Source: Octopus sinensis (Eukaryota). Taken from it: 64,000 bases of DNA. The stretch is from NCBI RefSeq assembly GCF_006345805.1, contig NW_021833028.1:124001-188000 (forward strand), read 5' to 3'. A program made the position numbers and the translations under genes. Positions within the stretch are counted from its first letter, which is position 1, and every line of letters begins with the position of its first letter. This document shows positions 38,195-52,057 of this stretch, one piece after another. Under the pieces are notes generated by a model. It was given only the letters and a program-made list of their open reading frames with translations, made no database searches and was not told where the DNA came from.

Positions 38195-38800
38195 TTGCTT
38201 TTCAAGTGTAAACTTGATCAACACCGCCTGACCTGTCTGTTTGCAAGGTCCCAAAAGTATTCAGGAGCCTGGCTGGCTATGGCGTCAGTCGGGACATTAC
38301 TGGATAATGAATGCCTCTGCATCGCAGTTTTCCTGCGCTTGGGATTAAACATTTGCCATAAGCATCAATGCGGCTGCAGTTAGACAAACACCTTAGGACT
38401 ACACCCGCTATCTTGCCGTCGTAGCGCTGGCCGCTTCCCTCTCCACTCTGGGTTTAATGATGTGGTGAGCCGCGTCCTGGCATCTGCGGGATTCCCTAAT
38501 GTGCTGAATTCGGTCGTGTTGGATCGCGAAGATGGAAAACGCTCAGATGGCATGATAACATTTCTTTTTGATCACGAAAAATTCCTCATATGGGACGCGA
38601 CATGCTCCGACAGATTTTCAGCACATAATCTAATTTCGGCAGTTGCTGAGCCTGATTCGGCAGCAAAACACGCGGAGCTCGCCAAAAAAGAAATCCTTGT
38701 CCCTGGCCAGAAACCATATATTTGCACCTATAGACGTTGAGATATTCGGGGTCATCATCAGGAATCGCTTTTTTTTCTTCGTCGGCTGAGGACGAAGATT
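38195..38800 (+). mobile_element. CRE-clade C-terminal fragment (zinc knuckle plus restriction-like endonuclease)
   Basis: SGAWLA...LRLGL...HQCGC...HPLSCRRSAGR...REDGKRSDG...IWDATCSD. Confidence 0.85.
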
Positions 38801-38903
38801 AATTTTCTTCTTAATTTTTTTTTTATTAAATATAATATTTTCTTCTTTTAGAGAAAGAAGTAACCAACACTACTTCTTTATCCTCTGTCATTAAATCAGT
38901 TAC

Positions 38904-39299
38904 GATCAATGTAGATGTCTATCAAAAATACTCTCAACCAACAATGGGAAAACTGCGAATAAACTAATCCATGACCACATCTCCACTCGTGCTATCAGGA
39001 TGCTCAAAAACAACAAACTTCTCAACTCTCCCCCCCCGCCGGTCCACTCCTCAGAGCAATCACTCGGCAGATATCTCCGTGTCCAGCTTGCTCAGATTCG
39101 CTCAGGTCATCATCCACTGATTTTCGAAACATACCGTTCCTTCACCCCCGAAGACCTCTTCCCCTGTCCTGGACCGCCTCACTTGTCTCCGCCTATTGGG
39201 ATTCGGGATCTCTGGGAGCGCCCGATCTTCGCGTCTCGCTACCTGATTGCAGCCGGCTTCCTACGTGTTAGTGAAGCCGGGATAACATAACTAACTAAC
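38904..39299 (+). mobile_element. 5'-truncated LINE with (CTAA)n tail and 12-bp TSD taaatcagttac
   Basis: LAQIRSGHH...CPGPP...LWERPIFASRYL...EAGIT*; TSD at 38892-38903 and 39300-39311. Confidence 0.85.
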
Positions 39300-39339
39300 T
39301 AAATCAGTTACAGCTTCTTTTTCCCCACTTTCTATATCT

Positions 39340-39900
39340 TCTTCATACAAACGACTTGCTTCAATTATGAGGCTACTGGCTTAATTTATTCCGTGTCTGT
39401 GTTCAACCACCACACTGTCCAGTGTTTTCTCTAACACAACTGACTGTATGTAAGTCCGAGTTCCGTCTTCGATAGCCAACTTTTTAATGTATTTCTTGAA
39501 AAACTTGGAAACGACACCGTCCCAGGTCAGAACCAGTGAAAGTATTTTTACTTTAGGGTATAGGCTGGACAACTCCCCGGACAATAATTTATGGCATTTC
39601 TCAACTTCGCCTTGCTTCAGGCGGTCCTGGGAAGTGATTCCCACTTTGATGAGAGTAATTTCGTTTTTCATTTTGTCGTGGACGAATATATGTGAATTTT
39701 CGTGTCTGTAATTATTGAAGAATCGGCGCGTATTGCAACATTTTTTGTCTCCTGACATAATCACTGTTGAGCATTTTTCCACACTGAGTTTCCAAATGAC
39801 TAACGGTTTTTTTGTCTCTTACGAAATAGTTGCACAATGCTCGCTTGGTTGAAAAAAACAGGTTTCTATTCTGTAGTAGGCAATAAAATGCTTCACTTCT
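39340..39900 (-). mobile_element. R4-clade retrotransposon 3' fragment (restriction-like endonuclease)
   Basis: IFVHDKMKNEITLIKVGITSQDRLKQGEVEK...LTWDGVV; homologous to 49883-50218. Confidence 0.85.
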
Positions 39901-39999
39901 GGGAGCTACCCGCTTGAGGTTTCTACATAAACATTCTAATCATTCAGGCATTTGAATAATATAGAATGCAAAAATTTTCATTCAGTCTTCTTCATTAAC

Positions 40000-41540
40000 C
40001 AATTCATCTGAGCGATTTTTATAGACTCATCACAGATGTTTTCTCCGCTTTCAGTACCATATTTTGAGGCAAGAAATCCCGCGATCGTTAGTAAATGCAA
40101 TTTATTTGTTTTAATTGATTGCAGGATCCCCGCCCTCTTCAGGAAAAATGCAAGTAGTTTTAAGATCGTTGACAAAGAACAAATGGTTCGTCGAGTAAGT
40201 CTTCATATTAGGGCTACTCATATAAAAAACTTGACTTCTTCTATGACCGCAGAAGCTGAGCGGAAACTATTACGCTCAATTACCAATCTCTGCAACCGTT
40301 TTATCTCCGGTTCGCTTCCTGACTTTGCTCGCGGTATCTTCTTTTCTGCAAACCTTACTGCCCTCGGGAAGAAGGACAACGGCGTAAGACCCATCGCTGT
40401 GGGAAATGTTTCCCGGAGGCTCTCCGCTAAGCTTCTCTGTCATGCCATTGTTCCCTGTTTGTCTCCAAACTTTCTGCCCGCTCAACTTGGTGTCGGCGTT
40501 TCCAATGGTTGCACTTGGTCCTGTGCTTTTCGCACTAGGCGTTAATGGCATCCCCCATTCTGTCCGATCCCCGGTAAACATTTGGTATTTGGACGACGCA
40601 ACTATTTATGGTCCTCCCGAAGTAGTTTTTGATGATTTCCGGACTATCCTTCCATCCCTTTCGGCAATTGGCCTATCCATTAATGCAAATAAATTCGAAA
40701 TAATGAATATCCACCTCCATCAAAGTTTATTTTTTGCTGCCTCTTCCATTTGCCACAATATTTTTCCAGACGTTCGTATTACCGAAAAGTCTAATCTATC
40801 CATCCTTGGGGTACCCATGGGTCTTTCCGCTCTAGAAGGTTTATTTTCGGAAAAAAATATTGAATCTCTCTAAAATGATCGAGAGGCTTAAAAACATCGA
40901 GCCTCATGTAGCATTTTTCCTCTTGCGAAATCACTTTTCCGTCCCTAAAGCCCTTTGTACTACGCTAAGATGTGCACCCTGTTTCTACAGAAGTGACTTC
41001 CTATCTGATTTCGATTACATCCTTAAGCTCGGTATGAGTTCCCTATGCAATCTCCATTGGGAACCTCTTGGACTCGGAGTGCCTAGGAATCGAGATCTCC
41101 TTACGTGTCGGGCTTAAAATCTGTCAGGCTCATAAATGTCGCTGTGGTGGAACTGTGGACGAGTTCGGAATACATCCCCTCTCCTGCCTCTATCTGATTT
41201 CTATTTGGACAGAGTTGACGGCAAACGCCTTGACGGCTTAACTACATTCCCCTTCGAGCAGGGGAAATCCCTTATATGGGATTCTACCTGCTGTGACACA
41301 TTCTCCAACGGGAACCTAGCCATATCGCCCGTCGACCCAGGCTTTGCTTCCAATTGCGCTGAAGATCTCAAAATCCTGAAAAACGGTTACTTCTCCAGCT
41401 TCGTTTTCCAAGGGTAATAAGATTTACGCGAAACGAATAAAAATTGTGCTTCTCTTATATTTGAATGTTCTTTTATCGGGAAAAGATTGGTTTCGCAGTA
41501 CAGGTGATCGTTAGGTGTGTATTTCAGACACCCGGATATA
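40000..41540 (+). mobile_element. CRE-clade non-LTR retrotransposon, RT plus RLE, internally deleted
   Basis: ANLTALGKKDNGVRPIAVG...AQLGVGV, WYLDD, DGKRLDGLTTFPFEQGKSLIWDSTCCDT. Confidence 0.9.
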
Positions 41541-41569
41541 ATCGTATAGCCTTGTTTAGAACTGATTGT

Positions 41570-42500
41570 ATTTTTTTTTTTTTTTAAAGACCAAACACGG
41601 GCAAAGCCAGTTAATTATAGTTATTCCCGTGATCGCCGATCCAAACGAGGGAGATCCTTCTGAAAGGTTCGATCCTGCCCGCATGATCGGCCTGAGACGA
41701 CGATGTCCCAGGGTCTGAGAGCTAAAGGTCCTTTTTCGGTAGGCATTAAGTGCCTCCTGAGCGTTGCCATATCCGATTGAAATTCTCCAACTGACATGGT
41801 GGACCCCATAACGCCACGCTAAGCCCGAAAGGTAAGAGATCCCCATTTCCAACTGTGTCGTGCCAGAAGTACTCGTTGCCTCACGGGCAGGGGAACGATA
41901 ACGAGAATTAGCCCCAGGATGAAAACTGTCCTCCTTCGGAATCGAACTCACGACTGTCCAAATCCATTATCCATAGCTTAGTCTTCAGCCAACGGGGCCA
42001 TTCTCCCAATTCTCCCAATTCTCCCAATAAAGCTTGCAGATAGACAGGGGGTCCAGCTCGGACTTGCGTAGCTCAGAACGGAGCGGATGTTTTATTTGTA
42101 GAATCGTTTGAGGAGTGGTTTCTGGGCACCAGTGATGTGACCACTTATTATTTGTAGAATGTTTGTACGCCTGTTTTCTTTGTCCGAGATGTTTGAGACA
42201 TGTTTGTTTAAGGACATGGTTGGGTCAAAGCTAAGTTCAAGATGCTTATGGTTGGTCAGTGTCAGTGTAGTCAGTGTGGTGTTTGAATAACGGTTTGCAT
42301 AGTTTCATAATTAATACTGATCATGGACTTGAGTTTTGCAACTCACAGATGATGAAGTTGTATGAAGAATTTAAAATTCGTCATGTCAGGGGGAAACCCA
42401 GACGTACTTGGATACAGGAATAAGTTAAACGACTCAATCAGAGATTGAAATGGATGCTCAGTTCTACGTTTTAACCAACGGGAATGGATTTCGTTGGATT
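41570..42500 (-). mobile_element. Degenerate LINE 3' part with poly(A)
   Basis: LELSFDPTMSLNKHVSNI; T-run at ~41571-41585 as tail; 3' end gtgtttggtcttt resembles the other LINE tails. Confidence 0.6.
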
Positions 42501-42559
42501 GATACCGATCCTCTCTGTCCCCGTATCATGTCAAAACTGATCGAGGGTGACACCAGAGC

Positions 42560-43800
42560 AGCAATAAGAGTTCTGGCCTCCAATGGTAGGCATACTTTCA
42601 TTAACTAAAAATGTAATCAACACATTGAAGAGCAAACACCCTCCCGCACCTGCAAACCTCAGGTCATTTCCATCCATAAAATCCACGGCCTCCTTTTTGA
42701 GACTCACTAACGATGCAATTTGTCGAGCTCTCAATACTTTTTCGTGTAGGAGTAGTGCAGGCATTGAGGGTCTCCGCCTAAGTCACCCTTGAAACCTCAT
42801 TTCCCTAGTGATCGGCCCAACAGGCTCGCTGCTCCTTACCTCGATCAGGGAACTAGTCAACAACCTTTTATCTTCAGATTTATCTGCTTCCGCTCGTGGA
42901 CTCATTTTCTCCGCCTATCTAGGTTCTTTTTTCCAAAAAATGGCGGTGTACGTCCAAATCGCCGTCGGAGACGTTTTCCGCTGCCTAGCTTTAATGCTTG
43001 CATGCTAATCCTCCTTCCTGGAAATCTCAAAAGCTTTTCTTTAGCTACAGCTTAGAGTCATGGTTCCCTTAAGCTTGAAACACCGGTGGATACTGCCATA
43101 TGTTTTGTGACCGAGATTTAACAACCCATAGTCAAACTTACGCATTTAACAATGTTCACCGTGACTCTTTGCTGTAATCTTGCTTCTTTCGTTGCCCAAC
43201 AATTTATGGGTTCGTGCTCTAAACCTACAGCTCTCCTTTTTTTATTTCTAGCTCTTCTACCATTATTTCTGCCACCGGTGTACAACAGGGCGACCCACTC
43301 TGCTCCTTTCTTTTTTCTCCGGCAATCGATGAGAAAGTCCACTTGAGTTTAAGTCCGCTAGCTGTCCACAAAGATGTGCCGAATGCTAGCTCTTCGTCCT
43401 GAGCAATCCAGAGGGGAGAGAAAGAATCTAGATTAGACCGCATAGGTCTACACCAGGTTTCTTGTAATAACCATGAGAGAATCGCAAGGCACGCGGAGCT
43501 TAATAGCATTGTAAAACGTTTGATTGAGGCAGCCAATATCCCGTGCCTCCCTCTGGTCTTACCAGGAAAGACGGTAAGAGGATAGACGGCGTCTAGCTTT
43601 TCTGTAAAAGTGATTGGATGCGACATGCTCCGACAGTTTTGCGTCAACATGTCTTCTCACGTCTGCGACCTAAGCCTACACAGCAACAAAAAAAAGGGAG
43701 ATTCGCAAAATAAATACGGATCTCTATTGGACAGATTTTTCTTTGAACCTGTGTCAACCGAAACTTCAGGCTCACTACACCTATTTTTCAATATTAGTCA
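42560..43800 (+). mobile_element. CRE-clade fragments
   Basis: LKSKHPPAP...SSAGIEGLRLSH; GGVRP; LDRIGLHQVSC...ARHAELNSIVKRLIEAANIP. Confidence 0.8.
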
Positions 43801-43895
43801 CTATTCTCTTTATTCTTATACCCGATGCAACTTAACCTATTGAAAATGTAAGCTAAAAATAGCCAAAGATAATAAAAAAAACAAAGATTGACCAA

Positions 43896-46151
43896 TCATA
43901 AAATAGAAACACCAAAAAAAGAATATTTGACAGTTTCCATAAACTCCCTGACCTGCACTTGGGTAAAAAACTGAAAATAATAAAACTCTAATAAACTTTG
44001 TGCAACATTTTGTCATTTCCTGCAATCAAGGACACCAAGTCAAACACCTCTGCGTCCTTCCCCATTACTTGATGCATTTGCAACAGACGAAAACAATTCT
44101 CCACAACATACGTGTCTCTAACCACACCAAACTCGCCCTCCTACCTACTCAATCTCACTAAACCATACAAAAACATCTTCAACTGGATCAAATACGGTCG
44201 ACAAAAAGTCGTTTATTGACAAGGATGCGATTGCATGGTTAACTGTAGTCAACTCGGGGGATTCCTTTTGGCAGGAGTCGAACCACTTGTCATAGGCAGT
44301 CCTGCACTTCTAATACTCATGAACAGGTACGACCCACCACTAAAGTAGCAAAAAAAGTATATTTCTGGGTTTCTTTTTCATCCAAAAAACATCCTCCGAA
44401 CAAATCATGCGAACTCAGTCGATTAAAAATGGTCGGAAAAATAGAAAAATTGTCATCAAGCACGGATTTGAGCAAAACATTGTTAAGAACTCGAAGCAAA
44501 CTGGGGAAATGAGTCGGAATAAACAACATCCATTCCATATTATCCACTATATCAATACTCTAAGATATGAATGAAAGTAACAACATTGGATGTCTTTAGT
44601 AAGGCAATTCCTATCTCAACCACAGGAAGTCTATTCTGGCGACACAAATCAAAACAGGTTCTCCCATTTCTAGTTTGCAATGAAATAGCTGCTCTGTAGA
44701 TTCGACAAGCTGAGCTAATTTGATTTTCCAAACTAAGAAATGGCACATATCCCACTGCAATACGCCAGGAACCGTCATCAAGGAGCCTTGATATGTTCTT
44801 ATCCAAGAGTAGCTGAAACACATTTGTCTAAAATTATCATTATCCCGAACTGCTATCAGATTCTTGTCTTGTTTTCCCCTTATGAGAAATACATGAAGTA
44901 CAAGTCGAATAACTGACGAATTGAACCGATCTATGTTGTGTTCGATAAAAGACTGGACTGATTGAAAGTCCAAGAAAACCAATTTGAACAAATTAAATGA
45001 TATATCATGTCTATAGCATGACATATTTTCCTCATTTAGCATATTTTTCAAATCAAACCTAGAGCATTTAATGATATAATACAACTCAAGTGAATTTGAG
45101 TAGCCACGATCATCCAACTCCTTAATAGAGCACTTAACCGTATCCAAACTAATATTAGACTTCTAGGTTAGCAAACCATTCAAGTGATTCATTTCCATTA
45201 TCCCTATTTATTGTTGCACTATCATTGATCGTGTCACTAAATTAAATCATTAAAACAGGTAATGTACTCGTAAAGGGGCCTAGCAGTGCCTAGTGAACAC
45301 AGTGCAGCCCAAGTAGCGTCAGCCCAGTCACTGCACACTGGAAGAACTGCCTTGAACTGCCCCGTTAGGACGCCAAAGAGGGCACGTTCGTAATCAGAGA
45401 GTGATTTCTATAAAATAGAAAATTCTAGAAAATACAAGGATAGTATATTCAGCACAACACTTCCTCCAAAGAGAGGAGGTGCCTTCTAATAAAAGCCCTC
45501 GCCAAGGATCCTCCTCTAAACATGCCTTTTTAGCCTATTTTTGATTTTTTAGCAATTTTTAAGATCAACCTCCTCAATTCTTCCCGCTCTGACATATTCG
45601 AACAATATTTTGGCAGTAGATGCCTCAGCATGTGCAAAATGCTGATCAAATTTATCAAGAAAAATGGAATCTGGACCATATTTGCAGCAATTAGGAGATC
45701 TATAGATCCCAAAACAATAGAATACAGACGACTTGCTCTTAGGGCAGCAACAAGATCTTCCGAGTTTGTAGAAACCGAATAGTTTTGCTCAAACCATCTA
45801 ATAGCTACCTAGAATTGAGTGATAATGATACGACCTGAATAGAACTTTGAAAATTTTTCCCTTCCAAGTTTATTAAAAGACGCCATAATTGGGCTTCCTC
45901 GTTAATATTTTTGTAAAATAATTCAATTTGTTCTCTTAATTTTAACAGTATAAATAACTTTGTAAGAGTTGTGAAATTTATAGAACTTCTGAGATCAGCT
46001 CTCAACCTTCTGACAGGCTCGTCAAAAATATCTGAAAATTTTTCATTTTGTGAGACTATATTGTAGTACCCAACATCAATTAGATTTTGAACTAATATTT
46101 CTCATAAAATCAATCACTTTTTGTTTCGATTGATACATCGACACAAGACAT
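43896..46151 (-). CDS. NUP107: Nuclear pore complex protein Nup107, shortened, with about 10 micro-introns
   Basis: Spliced motifs LFEYVRAGRIEEAKKAC...PWRGLLLEG, YERALFGVLTGQFKAVLPVCSDWADATWA, IVDNMEWMLFIP, LVSLIAGNDKMLHKFF, in the same order as animal Nup107. Confidence 0.85.
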
Positions 46152-46333
46152 ACAAATGAACGTTAATAACTTTATGTTTAAAATATTTAAAAAAAAATAA
46201 TTTCTTAATAATATACTAATTTTTTAGTTTTATCTCATAACTATGGTTTTTATAATTGAAATACAGTTAAACCTCATTTGTTATAGGAACCGGAAGATTT
46301 TTAAAAAAAATATAAATTTTTAAAAATTGCAAC

Positions 46334-47966
46334 TCAAACCAAATTATTAAAACGATCATAATTTCCACTGAAATCAATAATCTTTGCAACATAATCTGCA
46401 AAATCAAGAAGCCTACAATCGTCGTATTTTCTAGCTATCAGCTGACACGACATTGCAAGTCCATCAGACGACAATCCACATGGAATTGAAATGGAGGGAA
46501 CCCCTTTCATTTAATCTCATGAGGAAAACCCGCTAAATTTGCTGGGATTGTTAAAATATCATAATCTATCCCACTCTTCTCAGCCTCCTCAAATTCGGCA
46601 AAAGTCGGGGGCAAATGTGTAGTCGTGGGCATCAGTAAAAAATCCACGAACTCAAAAATACGAGAAAAATCGTCAGAAATAAGACGTCGAACCTTCATGG
46701 CCTGCTCGTAGTAGTTTTTGTAGTTCCTAGGATTAACATTAGCAAGTTTAAACTCTTTTAAAAGAAAATAATTTCCGGCAATAATGCGCTTCTTCACTTT
46801 CTCCCCGAAAGACGCTGTCCGATTAACACAAATTTCATCCTCAAAGTGGCCCGTCATTTCTGGTGATGAAAATCCTCACAACGTGAATTACCGTACCCAA
46901 CCATATCGAACACCGTCGTACCGGGCCATATTCGAGCACACGTCAGAATAACAAATGACGTCATAACATAAACTTGATAAACCCACGTGAGGTAGGACTA
47001 CTTGGTTGACTATTTCAATATTATGTCCTTCAATAAGTTCAGCAATTCGGTTAATCTCTCGAATTACTTGAGAATCGGCATTTCCCTTGACAAATCGAAG
47101 ATCGAGCACTCCGACCCGGATTGTGGACCAGTCAGAGTATTCATTGCTAAATAGATTTTTAACCCGAGAAATTGTCAAATCCGCTCCATCAGGCCCATCG
47201 GATAATATTTTTGCACATAACTTAATATCACAAACATGACGTGACATGAAGGAAGGGGTGTCAAGTGAATTGGCCAAGGGGATCAACCCATGACGAGAAT
47301 AAATTCCAAAACTGGGTTTAAAGCCAACTACTCCACAAAAAGCAGCAGGAAGTCTAACCGACCCTCCCGTGTCCTCTCCTAATGAACTGAGAAATATAAA
47401 AATATAACAACATGGTGGATACTCCTAAAAGTGCAGAGACCGCGCTCCCACTTGAGCTTCCCCCACAAATTCTGTTTTTGTCCCAAGGATTGGTGACGAC
47501 GCCGAAATGACTACTGACCCCCCCACTTCTTCAAAATTGTCAAAAAATGCAAACCCCATACTAAATTCATCCAAATTTGTTTTTGCCGAAACAATTGCTC
47601 CATTTTTGAGTAATTTGTTAACTAAATTCGCAGAGTAATGTGATTTGAAGTCTTTGAGTGTTTTCGATCCACACGTGGTCCTCATTCCCGCCACACAATA
47701 TGAGTCTTTGACGGTAACATTAAAGCCATAAAGTGCTCCTTTAGATTCTGCAAAAATAGTACTTTTCTCGGCTATCGATGTTAGGAATAAATGTTTAAAT
47801 TGATGCTTGTCTATTTTATCTAATAAAGCGTTGTGATTGTTTGCTGAAATTAGAGATTTCCATATTTTTTCAACTACTTCCTCACAGTTTTGAGGCAAGT
47901 TTTTTCTAATCTGTTAAAAAAACTCAACAGTTTATCAACCTCATTAACAGGACCAAAAAATCGCAT
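46334..47966 (-). CDS. QRSL1: Mitochondrial Glu-tRNA(Gln) amidotransferase subunit A, 5 micro-introns
   Basis: Amidase signature VTVKD, KTNLDEFSMG, GGSSSGSA, GEDTGGSVRLPAAFCGVVGFKPSFG, NMARYDGVRYG, TIPANLAGVP. Confidence 0.93.
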
Positions 47967-48258
47967 CACTACAACCTGAACATTTCTAATAATTATTTAA
48001 ATTAATTTATTAAAGTAATTTTTTACATCTATTTAAATGATTTCGTAAACATAAAAATCAATAACTTTAAAAATGCACCGGAAAAAATATACTTAAAAGT
48101 TAGAATAACTATATTTTGTAATAAAAATTCAATAATAAAAATTTAAAATCCAATACGTTGTGTAGTACTAATGTGTTCTCAAAAATTATCAAATATAAAT
48201 ATACAAACAGTACATAACTTACAAAAAATAGTTTAAATGTCGTCAAAAACATAATAAA

Positions 48259-48826
48259 TTAAATAGCAGCCTTCTCAGATGTTTGCTCCGAATTTCGTTT
48301 GAGGATGGCCTGAGCCTTAAGGGATTCAAATTCCCTCAATATCTCCTTCTTCCTGCATATCATAGCCAGCTGATCAGTCACCAAGGAACTCCTATCCATC
48401 GCTTCTAGTTCGGAAATATGCTCAATTTTTTTCAGCAGATGTTTATATCTATTTTGTTGGGTCTTTCCGAGGTATTGTAGAGTGTTTTGAGTGAGGACTT
48501 CGCGGGAAATGTTAAAATCTTTCATTGCGTCATTCAGTCCCTCAATTAACGAATCCTGCTGGTATTGCAGATATTCCTGAGATCCTGGTTGGATGGAATT
48601 CTTTTCTAATCTTAATCGTTCTTGTTTTTTGTATTTGCTTTCATAACTACACACTTATATTTATTTTGTACCGTGGGGCCTGTTCGCTGGGGATGTAGCC
48701 TTCCTTGACACGGACCGACTTCCGCCATGTCCCATCTGGTCGTTGTGTAGGAACTGTATAGAAATGGCCTGCCTTTACTTTTTAGTGTGCATAACCTGAA
48801 TCAGATCTATAAATCTTCTCTGGCAT
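48259..48826 (-). CDS. PYM1: Partner of Y14 and Mago (EJC disassembly factor), 2 micro-introns
   Basis: [20 protein letters not shown]...YESKYK; C-terminal [10 protein letters not shown]...[12 protein letters not shown]. Confidence 0.92.
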
Positions 48827-48899
48827 TTTACAACCAACAAGCACTCGTTTGCTACTAAATTTTATTATTTTTTCAAATTATGAATTATTTATAAATAAT

Positions 48900-49560
48900 T
48901 TAAAAACATACTTCGCAATTTTCTTAGCTTCAGCAGAGCAGGAAGTAGAATCTATGAAGATGAGGAAAACGAATTGACAGGGTTACATCCCATACGAGGG
49001 AAATAATGCAGACCCGTCAGGACGATTTCCGTTCCAAGCGGTCTAGGCCAACTGATTCCAGTACTGAAGGGAATCCAGCGGCGTTATCCACGCGCTTTAC
49101 AACATCATGTAGTGGTGTGTGCCTGGGGATGCTATCAGCGCTGAGTTGACAAAAGAGAGGATGAAATCTCCGCCTGTCGATGATTTTGCCACACTTGCAG
49201 CAATGTGGCTGACATATCTCAATTTAAAGGTCTATACAGATGCCGATGCGGACTGATTCGTTGTCCAGGAAGCGCATTCCCTGTGTCGGCAGTTACCGGA
49301 GAACGCAGATTGATGGGTTTCATTCCATCAATTCCCCACTGCTACTGAGAGAAAAGGAAGTGAGGGCAGCAGTTACTTCTCCTGAAGTGATGGAATATAC
49401 ACAACAATTGGATCCAGTAATTAATTCTGGGGTTTCAGATAAATCAACGTGTGTAGCAGGGTTTTTCGAGAGTATTTGATTGAGAAACTTGTCTGAAGCA
49501 GAGGAAATTGTTGAGTTTGAGGAGATAACATGCACAGCAATAGTTTTTCCGCCCTCTCTT
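48900..49560 (-). mobile_element. CRE-clade C-terminal fragment
   Basis: KCGKIIDRRRFHPLFCQLSADSIPRHTTLHDVVKRVDNAAGFPSVLESVGLDR. Confidence 0.75.
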
Positions 49561-52057
49561 GTTTAAAGACTATCAAACTATAAATAGTCAAAAGTTTTTG
49601 ATAAGAATTATAATTAATAGTTATTCCTTTTCGTTATTTGTAGTGTTTTATTCCATCAACCTCACCCTCTTAGGGCCCACGTTCAGTAAACGGATGGGCA
49701 GATTCATGTCAACCCGCAGTCTAGATTCAGGGACTACCTCTTCAACAGGATCGATAACCCGTGCCTTGTCTCGGCTTGCATGCTTTCTAAGGTCTTCCGC
49801 AACACCAGTGTCTGGATGTATGCCTTCGTCCTTCACGCCAACCACCGCCAGATGGTTTTTGAAGTATTTTGACACTATTCCGTCACAGGTCAATGACGAC
49901 AGAAACGATCTTTACCTTCGCCCGGTGGATCGCTCCCAGTTCATTTGCTAGCAAGTCGTATTTGTGGAACTTTTCCACTTCGACCTGCTTGAGACAATTC
50001 TGTGAAATGATCCCCACCTCGATAAGCGTAATTGTATTGCTCGATTTGTCGTGAACAAATATGTCGGGTTTGTTATTCAGGATAGCATTATCAGTCTGGA
50101 GGTTTGTATCGACTCGGATTTCCACAAATTCATTGGTGGTTACAGATTGGACTGAATGGGTTTTTAATTTTTTCGAATTTTTAATTCCATATTGGCGACA
50201 TGATGTAAATGCAAGCATTTGACCACTTCGTTATGGCGTCTAAATAGGGGCCGTTAAGCATTCGCCCACATCTGGTAACAAGGTGACCGACGGTCTTCTT
50301 GGATGAGTTGCAGTGGTTGCATTTATTCTTTCCGTTGCTGAAAAACAAGTTCCGGACTTGCAACAGGCACAGATTTCTTCAGTCCGGGAGAATTGTTTCC
50401 ATGAATTAACCACCCGCAAGCCTCATACACATCAACTTCGGTATTTTTTAGACATTCGAACAAAGTAGAGTGCAAGGGCTTCTTTTCGATTTTTTTCATA
50501 GATATTCACGTTGAAGTTTTACCAGGTCCTATATTTTCAATTCATTCACATTTTCATTGTATTTTCGAGACAAGAATTCTGCGATAGTGGCCATATGCGT
50601 TTTCTTTGAATTGATGACCCGCAGAATTCCTGCTCTTCTTAGTCAGTAGTTTGCCTTATGTTTCAAATCACCATAAAATTGAAGAAGCATTCTCTCCGAC
50701 TTATTACTAACTGACTCCAGGCGTCTCCCAAATTCCTTTCTTGGAAGATAAAGTCTTTCTTTGTTTGCGGGTTTCAAGTGGATATGATTGTCCATAAGAA
50801 TTCGAAGAATATTTTCTGCTCGAACTCTCCGGGCTCAATATCAATCAATCCAATATAATAGTTATAGAGCGAGACTGCGTGTTCGTTTATAGCCTTGAAG
50901 GTGAGAGAATCTCCTTGCAGTATACCTTTATTGATTTTAACTTCTCCCAGTGTTCTGTTTTCCAAATTTATACTGATTTTCCTTTTGGTAGTGAGTTTCT
51001 TGATAAAACATTACCATCTAACACAAAAGGCCAGAGTTTTGCAGGGTCTGGATTAAGAATTCGTGGTCGACTGAGTCAAATGCTTTTCTCACATCAATCC
51101 ACATAAAGATAGCTTATTCCCATTTTGCTGGTTGATACAATGATTTACAATTGCCTGTTCCTTCGATCCTTGACACATTCTTCGTGTTCCAAGTTGATTG
51201 TCGCTAACAAGACCATATGCTTCGATATATTCGGATAATTTGTTGTTCACACACTTTGTCATCAGTTTATACAGATTGAGCATACAGGTAATTGGTCTCA
51301 AATCCTTGGGCGAATCACATACATCCATTTACGTAATTCCGGTGTAAAACCAATCTTCCGACGTATATTCATCTTTTATTATTTTCCGTATCTCCTCGCA
51401 TAGGGGTCCATGGACAGCAGTGAAGCTCTTTATAAAAAAAGTTGTAAACTCCATCACATCCACTTGCTTTCCAATTTGGGAGAGCTTTTATAATATCAAT
51501 AATTCCTTCATTTGGAAACTCGGCAAAAGTAATCTCAGAGCCAGTGACTCTTTTCGTAACCAGAAAAATGCTTTCGTTCCGTTCATGTTTACTCCAGATG
51601 TTGATCCAGAACGGAAGGCATTCCTCTTGATTAAAATTAATTACTGCCTTCTTATTATTCCCACTGACTGATCTATAGAACCGTCTTCTATTTAGTTCAT
51701 AACACCAATTCGCTTTTCGGAATTCCTTCCTTGAGTCGTAAACCCTCATTTTCTTTTCCATAATCTTATCCCGGATTAAAGAAGCAATCCTCTCGATATC
51801 TCCTTTTTTTGATTTTTAAAGCCATATGAGCACAAGGTGTCACGCTGTTCGTCAGTGAGTTTCTTCTTCATCATCATTTCGTTAGCAGTTAATACTTGCT
51901 CCAGCTGTAGTTTAAATTTGGCGATTTTCCCCTTCATTGATTCTTTCCAGTTATTCTTAGGACTGGACTTGTTGGTAAGGCTTTCATATGTGCACTGTCC
52001 TGCATAGATGATATCGGTAATATCGTTGATATTTAAATTTGGAAGGAGACCAATATA

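Noticed and set aside
42000-42030. (attctccca)3-like short tandem repeat
   Set aside because: Local slippage inside a decayed LINE.
45250-45400. GC-rich block first suspected to be an ncRNA
   Set aside because: It is a NUP107 exon (YERALFGVLTGQFKAVLPVCSDW).
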